Shown piece after piece: positions 45,878 through 50,455 of a stretch of DNA of 50,455 nt. The DNA is from a virus. Its lineage: Duplodnaviria; Caudoviricetes. The DNA is taken from positions 1 through 50,455 of IMG/VR virus record IMGVR_UViG_3300037565_000061; one strand, 5' to 3'. The position numbers and the translations under genes were made by a program. The number at the start of each line of letters is the position of its first letter. Position 1 is the first letter of the stretch. Under the pieces are notes generated by a model that worked only from the letters and a program-made list of their open reading frames with translations, was not told the origin of the DNA and searched no databases.

Positions 45878-46800
45878 AGATGATCGCCCCCACCACCATC
45901 ACCGACGCGATGCTGACCTCGACCAACCTGACCGAGGACGATTATGCGGAGTGGGACGCCTCCACCGACTACGTGACTGACGACTATGTGATCGTGATCG
46001 GCTCGACGCACCGGATCTACAAGGCGGTGCAGGCCAGCGGCCCGGGCGCCTCGCCCGCAGGGGTCCAGAACCCGGTCAACGACACGACCGAGACCTATTG
46101 GCAGAATATCTCCGCCACGAACCGCTGGAAGCCCTTTGACAACAAGACCACCGTGAAGGCCTCCAACGCCTCCTCGATCACCTACACCTTCGACTCCGTG
46201 GGCCTGGTGGACGGGGTGGCGCTCTTCGGTCTCACGGCGGAAAGCGCGCGGCTGGAGATCGACAACGGCAGCCCAGCGACGAGCGTCTACGACCAGACCA
46301 TCGACCTCAACGACACCGCCATCGTCGTGGACGGCTACACATACTACTTCGAGCCGACCTCCACGAAGCGCCAGATTATCTTCCCCGATGTGCCGCCCTA
46401 TTCGGCGGCGACCTACACCCTGACCATCACAGGATCCGGCACCGTCGAGGTGGGCCAGATCGTCCTGGGCCGCACCCGCACCCTTGGGGAGACCGAGTTC
46501 GGCACCGGGCTGGGCCTAAACGACTTCTCGATCAAGAGCGCGGACGACTTCGGCAACGCGGAGCTGACCCAGCGCGCCTTCTCCAAGACGGTGGATTTCC
46601 GGGTCAAGGTGGACACCGAGGTCACGGACCTACTGATGCAGCGCCTTTCCGACCGCCGGGCCTTGCCGACCGTCTACTTCGCGGGTGACGGCACGGACAA
46701 GTTCGGCACCACCGTCTTCGGCTTCTTCCAGGATCTGCAATTCGTCCTGCAGGGCCCGGCCAAATCTTCTCTGAACATCGAGATCGAGGAACTGATCTAG
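45874..46800 (+). CDS. Tail tip / distal tail-region protein
   Basis: Coupled to tape measure; W...T.Y..DD.V CBM-like motif, TNRW.PFD, DFS.K..D.FG. Confidence 0.75.
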   Translation: MKMIAPTTITDAMLTSTNLTEDDYAEWDASTDYVTDDYVIVIGSTHRIYKAVQASGPGASPAGVQNPVNDTTETYWQNISATNRWKPFDNKTTVKASNASSITYTFDSVGLVDGVALFGLTAESARLEIDNGSPATSVYDQTIDLNDTAIVVDGYTYYFEPTSTKRQIIFPDVPPYSAATYTLTITGSGTVEVGQIVLGRTRTLGETEFGTGLGLNDFSIKSADDFGNAELTQRAFSKTVDFRVKVDTEVTDLLMQRLSDRRALPTVYFAGDGTDKFGTTVFGFFQDLQFVLQGPAKSSLNIEIEELI

Positions 46801-48593
46801 TGACCAAGCAAGCCCTCACGGCGCTGCCTACCGCGCCCAGCCGGGCCACCCCCGGCACTTTCGAAAGCCTCACCGACCCCTGGCTCTCGGCGCTGGCCGA
46901 TGTGCCCACGGAAGTGAACGCGCTGGTCGATTACATCGAAGATCAGGCCGAGACCGCCTCTGCCCTGACCTGGTGGGTGGACGGGACCGCCTACACGGCG
47001 GGCGACGTGGTGTTCGACCCGGCCGATGGTGGCACCTACCGCGCCAAGACGAGCCACACGGCGGCGGGCACCAACCCCAACGCGGACAGCACCAACTGGC
47101 AGAGCGCGGGCGGTCTGGCGGCGGCGGATGCCACGAAGCTCGGCCACATCACGATCAACGAGGCGGTGAACCTCGACCAGATCATCGGCGGCAAGACTTT
47201 CACGGCGGATGGGGCAATCAGCGCGGGCGAGACTGTCGTGTTAAAGAGCACCGGGAAGGTCGCTGGGGTGACGGAAAGCACCACCACTTTTGCCCTAGAC
47301 AGCGAATCCGAGGTCTATAGCGGCACCATATCTTCGTTCACCACCACGCAGCAGGTCTGCTTCCTTGGGTCGGGGAAGTATCTTTTTCTTTATGAGGCTG
47401 GCAGCGTCGTGAAGGGCAAGGTGGGAACCTACGATGGGGTTTCCTGGACCTACGGCACTGAAGCCACGCTTCTTTCGCGGAATGTCTCCGACATCTACTG
47501 TGAGTTCGATGCGGTGGCGGGGCATGGGGTCATTCTCGTTCTGGCGTCCAACATCGCCTATGCCAAGGCGTTCACCGTATCAGGCACCACGGTCACAACA
47601 GGCTCGGAACTGACGGTCGCCAACCCAGGCGGAACGAGTTCCACGACAGTTTCTTGCGTGGTCGGAAATGGTTACGCTGCCTTCGTCTACGATGCCACCG
47701 GCATCAAGGTGGTCTGCTGCACCATTTCGGGAACGACGCTGGGCACGCTGGGGTCGCCAATCACGCTTGATGGCACCAACGTCGGAGCGAACCACAAGAT
47801 CGCCTATCTGGGATCTGATATGTTCGCGGTCAACTGGTCGGAGAACACCACCGAGGATGGCGGGCTGTCCCTGATTTCCAGGTCAGGCACGACCCTGACG
47901 CTCGAAGACACGCAGGAAATCTACAACGGGACGACCGATGTTTTCACGCCCACCACCTCTGTCGGACTGATCGCGCCGGGCAAGATTGCTGTCGCCTATC
48001 ACAACAACGGAACGTCTTCGGCGCGAATTGTCATCGTTGAATACTCAGGCAGCAGCTTCACCGGCATAGGGACCCCTCTAAACATCGGTTTCCCGCTGAA
48101 TTACTCGCACCATCGAATTGAAGTGAAGAACACGGGCGACAAGTTCTATCTCTGCGGCTGCAACGGCTCGACCTACCCTGTGGTCGTCGAACTGTCCTTG
48201 TCAGGAACGACGATTACCCTTGAACAGACCACCGTCATCGAAAGTTCCGTGAACTTCGTCAACGGGGTCGCGTTCGATGTCGAGAACTCCGTCGGCGTGG
48301 TCGCGATCTACAACAGTTCAGATACCGACCTGGTTTCGCGCGCATTTACCTTGGCATCGACCACCACCGACGCGGACGACTGGATCGGGATTGCGCAGGA
48401 AGCCGCGGTGGATGCTGCTACCCTGAAGATCGCGGGCCTGGGCGACATCGCCACCGGCCTGTCGGGTCTCACCATCGACACGACCTACTACGTCGATGAC
48501 GATGGATCGCTGACCTCCGACAGCGCAGGCGGTCGCCTGATCGGAAAGGCCATTTCCGCAACCGAACTTCTTGTCGAAAGGGGCAACGCATGA
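46800..48593 (+). CDS. Tail fibre / receptor-binding protein paralogue 1
   Basis: 597 aa, Ser/Thr/Gly-rich, CBM5/12-like WVDGTAYTAGDVV, repeated (V/I)SGTT(L/V)T blades. Confidence 0.7.
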   Translation: MTKQALTALPTAPSRATPGTFESLTDPWLSALADVPTEVNALVDYIEDQAETASALTWWVDGTAYTAGDVVFDPADGGTYRAKTSHTAAGTNPNADSTNWQSAGGLAAADATKLGHITINEAVNLDQIIGGKTFTADGAISAGETVVLKSTGKVAGVTESTTTFALDSESEVYSGTISSFTTTQQVCFLGSGKYLFLYEAGSVVKGKVGTYDGVSWTYGTEATLLSRNVSDIYCEFDAVAGHGVILVLASNIAYAKAFTVSGTTVTTGSELTVANPGGTSSTTVSCVVGNGYAAFVYDATGIKVVCCTISGTTLGTLGSPITLDGTNVGANHKIAYLGSDMFAVNWSENTTEDGGLSLISRSGTTLTLEDTQEIYNGTTDVFTPTTSVGLIAPGKIAVAYHNNGTSSARIVIVEYSGSSFTGIGTPLNIGFPLNYSHHRIEVKNTGDKFYLCGCNGSTYPVVVELSLSGTTITLEQTTVIESSVNFVNGVAFDVENSVGVVAIYNSSDTDLVSRAFTLASTTTDADDWIGIAQEAAVDAATLKIAGLGDIATGLSGLTIDTTYYVDDDGSLTSDSAGGRLIGKAISATELLVERGNA

Positions 48594-50380
48594 GCGTCAC
48601 CGAGTTCAGCTACAATCCGCAGTCCAGCAGCCCCGCTATCTTCTCGGCCCAGGCCGATGGCTTCAATGCCGAGCTACAGGCGCGGATGGACGACATCGAG
48701 TTGTTCGGGGATTACGTGGACCGGCGCGCGGAGGATGCCTCAGGCCATTCGGTGTGGGTGTCGAGCGCCAGCTACAACGATGGCGATGTGGTCTACTCTC
48801 CGACCGACTGGCTGCCCTACCGGGCGAACAAGGACATTGCGGTCAGCACGACCGATCCGAGCGCGGACGGGGGCACGGATTGGGTGGCGGCAGGCGGGGT
48901 CTCGGCGGCGCAGCAGACCAAGCTCGACTACATGACCGTGACCGAGGCCGTGGACCTCGATGCCATTGCGATCAATGGTGAGTTCACCGCTGACGGGGCA
49001 ATCACGGCAGGCGATGTGGTGGTGCTGAAAACCGCCACCGGGAAGGTCGCGAGCGTGACCGAGAGCGGCGTGGCTGAGAGCGCCGGAACGCCGGTCGAAG
49101 TGTCCAGCCTCGATTACAATTTCTGCCAAACAGCCTACGACCCCGACAACTCCTGCACGATCATCGCCTACGAAGACGCGACCGGGACGGACAGTCTGGA
49201 TTTCAGGGCCGTGACTGTATCGGGTTCCACCCCTACGATCTCGGGCACCATTGCCGCGACGACCACCGACACTCAGGCGATTGGTGTCTGCATGGCGAGC
49301 GCCGGGACCATCACAGTCATGGGGTTCGAGAACCGAAGCGTGTCGGATTATCCCTATGCGATTGCACTCACCTATAACGGGACAACAGGATCACTTGGCA
49401 CGGCCCTTCAACTCAAGGCAATCGGCAGCAACGCCAGCGTCGGTGTCTGTTACGACAGCGTGAACGACCAGTTCATTACCGCCTATACAAGCACTTCCGG
49501 AGGGTGGGTTCAGGCCGTGACCTATTCGGGAACAGCCCTGACCGGCAATACCGAGGCGCAGTTCGAAAGCGGAAGCTGCAACTACAGCAACATCGCCTAT
49601 GACCCGGTGAACCAGGAGTGCGTCGTGGCCTTCGGTGACGTGGCCGACAGCTACAAGATGAAGGCGTGCGTCGTGCAGATTTCCGGCACCACGCTTACCC
49701 CTCAGACCGCCGTTACACTGGAAACCGGCGCGGTCTACGCGCTCACCATTTGCTACGGCGGCGGCGTGTTTCTGATCGGCTACCGGGACTTCGACAGCAC
49801 CGACATGAACCTGATCGCGGTCAAGATCAACGGCACCACGCTCGATGTGGGAACCGCTGTCGCCTATGCCAACACTGATGGTAGCCAGATGGCGATTTCC
49901 TACGATTCCGACCGCGACGAGTTCTGCCTTTTCTATCCCGACAGCGACAATTCTGGCTACACGTCCTTCCGCATGATCACGGTCAATTCCTCCACCCTGG
50001 CGATCACGCAGGGCAGCAAAGTTGTGGTCGAGAGCGCCAGCTACTCCTATCACAGCAGCGTCTACGACCAGTCGCAGAACAAGCACGTCGGGTTTTATGC
50101 CGGCAGCACCGCAGAGGCCGTGGTCATCAGCCCGACTTCCATTGTCAGCGACAACACCGATTGGCTTGGTATCGCGCAAGCCTCCGTGGCCGACACCGAG
50201 ACCGTCGAAGTGCTGCGCCAGGGCCGTGTGGACGAGAACCAGAGCGGCCTGACCATCGGCGCTACCTATTACGTGGATGGAGATGGAGCGTTGACGACCG
50301 ACAGCGAGGGTGGCGCCAACCCTAAGATCGGCAAGGCTGTCGCCGCCGACAAGCTCTACATCACCGAGGAGGCCGCCTGA
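48590..50380 (+). CDS. Tail fibre / receptor-binding protein paralogue 2
   Basis: 596 aa, same architecture; AYD/YDS...ISGTTLT repeats. Confidence 0.7.
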   Translation: MSVTEFSYNPQSSSPAIFSAQADGFNAELQARMDDIELFGDYVDRRAEDASGHSVWVSSASYNDGDVVYSPTDWLPYRANKDIAVSTTDPSADGGTDWVAAGGVSAAQQTKLDYMTVTEAVDLDAIAINGEFTADGAITAGDVVVLKTATGKVASVTESGVAESAGTPVEVSSLDYNFCQTAYDPDNSCTIIAYEDATGTDSLDFRAVTVSGSTPTISGTIAATTTDTQAIGVCMASAGTITVMGFENRSVSDYPYAIALTYNGTTGSLGTALQLKAIGSNASVGVCYDSVNDQFITAYTSTSGGWVQAVTYSGTALTGNTEAQFESGSCNYSNIAYDPVNQECVVAFGDVADSYKMKACVVQISGTTLTPQTAVTLETGAVYALTICYGGGVFLIGYRDFDSTDMNLIAVKINGTTLDVGTAVAYANTDGSQMAISYDSDRDEFCLFYPDSDNSGYTSFRMITVNSSTLAITQGSKVVVESASYSYHSSVYDQSQNKHVGFYAGSTAEAVVISPTSIVSDNTDWLGIAQASVADTETVEVLRQGRVDENQSGLTIGATYYVDGDGALTTDSEGGANPKIGKAVAADKLYITEEAA

Positions 50381-50455
50381 TGCCTGCTCAAGCCCTGACG
50401 ACGATCACCGCCGCGCCGGTGCGCAACAGCCCCGGCACCTTCTCCGACCGCCACG
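50380..50455 (+). CDS. Tail fibre-like paralogue 3 (5' end only)
   Basis: MPAQALTTITAAPVRNSPGTFS matches MTKQALTALPTAPSRATPGTFE of paralogue 1. Confidence 0.6.
   Translation, partial: MPAQALTTITAAPVRNSPGTFSDRH

Larger units (their letters stand above)
839..50455. mobile_element. Temperate siphovirus-type prophage, left part (truncated by window end)
   Basis: Integrase converging on tRNA 3' end, followed by complete lysogeny, replication, packaging, head and tail modules. Confidence 0.95.

Noticed and set aside
4141-45926. Numerous long antisense or alternate-frame ORFs (e.g. 4141-5394, 25017-26189, 26404-27804, 28853-30175, 42197-43354)
   Set aside because: Shadow ORFs expected in high-GC DNA opposite well-supported genes; low-complexity translations with no motifs
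46800-50455. Diversity-generating retroelement or shufflon acting on tail fibres
   Set aside because: No reverse transcriptase, no near-identical TR/VR pair differing at adenines, no invertase or inverted cassettes in the window

Overview
GC-rich alphaproteobacterial (probably Rhodobacterales; inference) chromosome segment. About 0.65 kb of CGTC-type REP palindromes and a tRNA-Val(TAC) are followed by a large siphovirus-type prophage integrated at the tRNA 3' end and running off the right edge (no lysis genes or attR in the window). Gene order: integrase/excisionase; leftward recombination arm (DEDDh exonuclease, HNH, RecT, RecE-like); short HTH repressor/cro switch; replication arm (RuvC-like, DnaB, initiator with iterons, MT-A70 methylase); about 8 kb leftward array of small accessory ORFs; ParB/DUF488/Dam-like-GNAT/ParB putative DNA-modification module; terminase, portal, scaffold, P22-type capsid; a four-enzyme glycan-tailoring cassette (GT8-like glycosyltransferase, FkbM methyltransferase, sulfotransferase, Maf/sialyltransferase-like) inside the head-neck operon; tail genes with a -1 frameshift chaperone, a 2079-aa repeat-containing tape measure and at least three tandem paralogous tail-fibre-like proteins. 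Strongest leads: possible methylated/sulfated virion glycosylation, a prophage-wide RTCGC-N5-GCGAY operator regulon, a small antisense ORF resembling the repressor C-terminus, and a homopolymer-caused fusion in the DNA-modification module. All family calls are from motif recognition by eye, not database searches.
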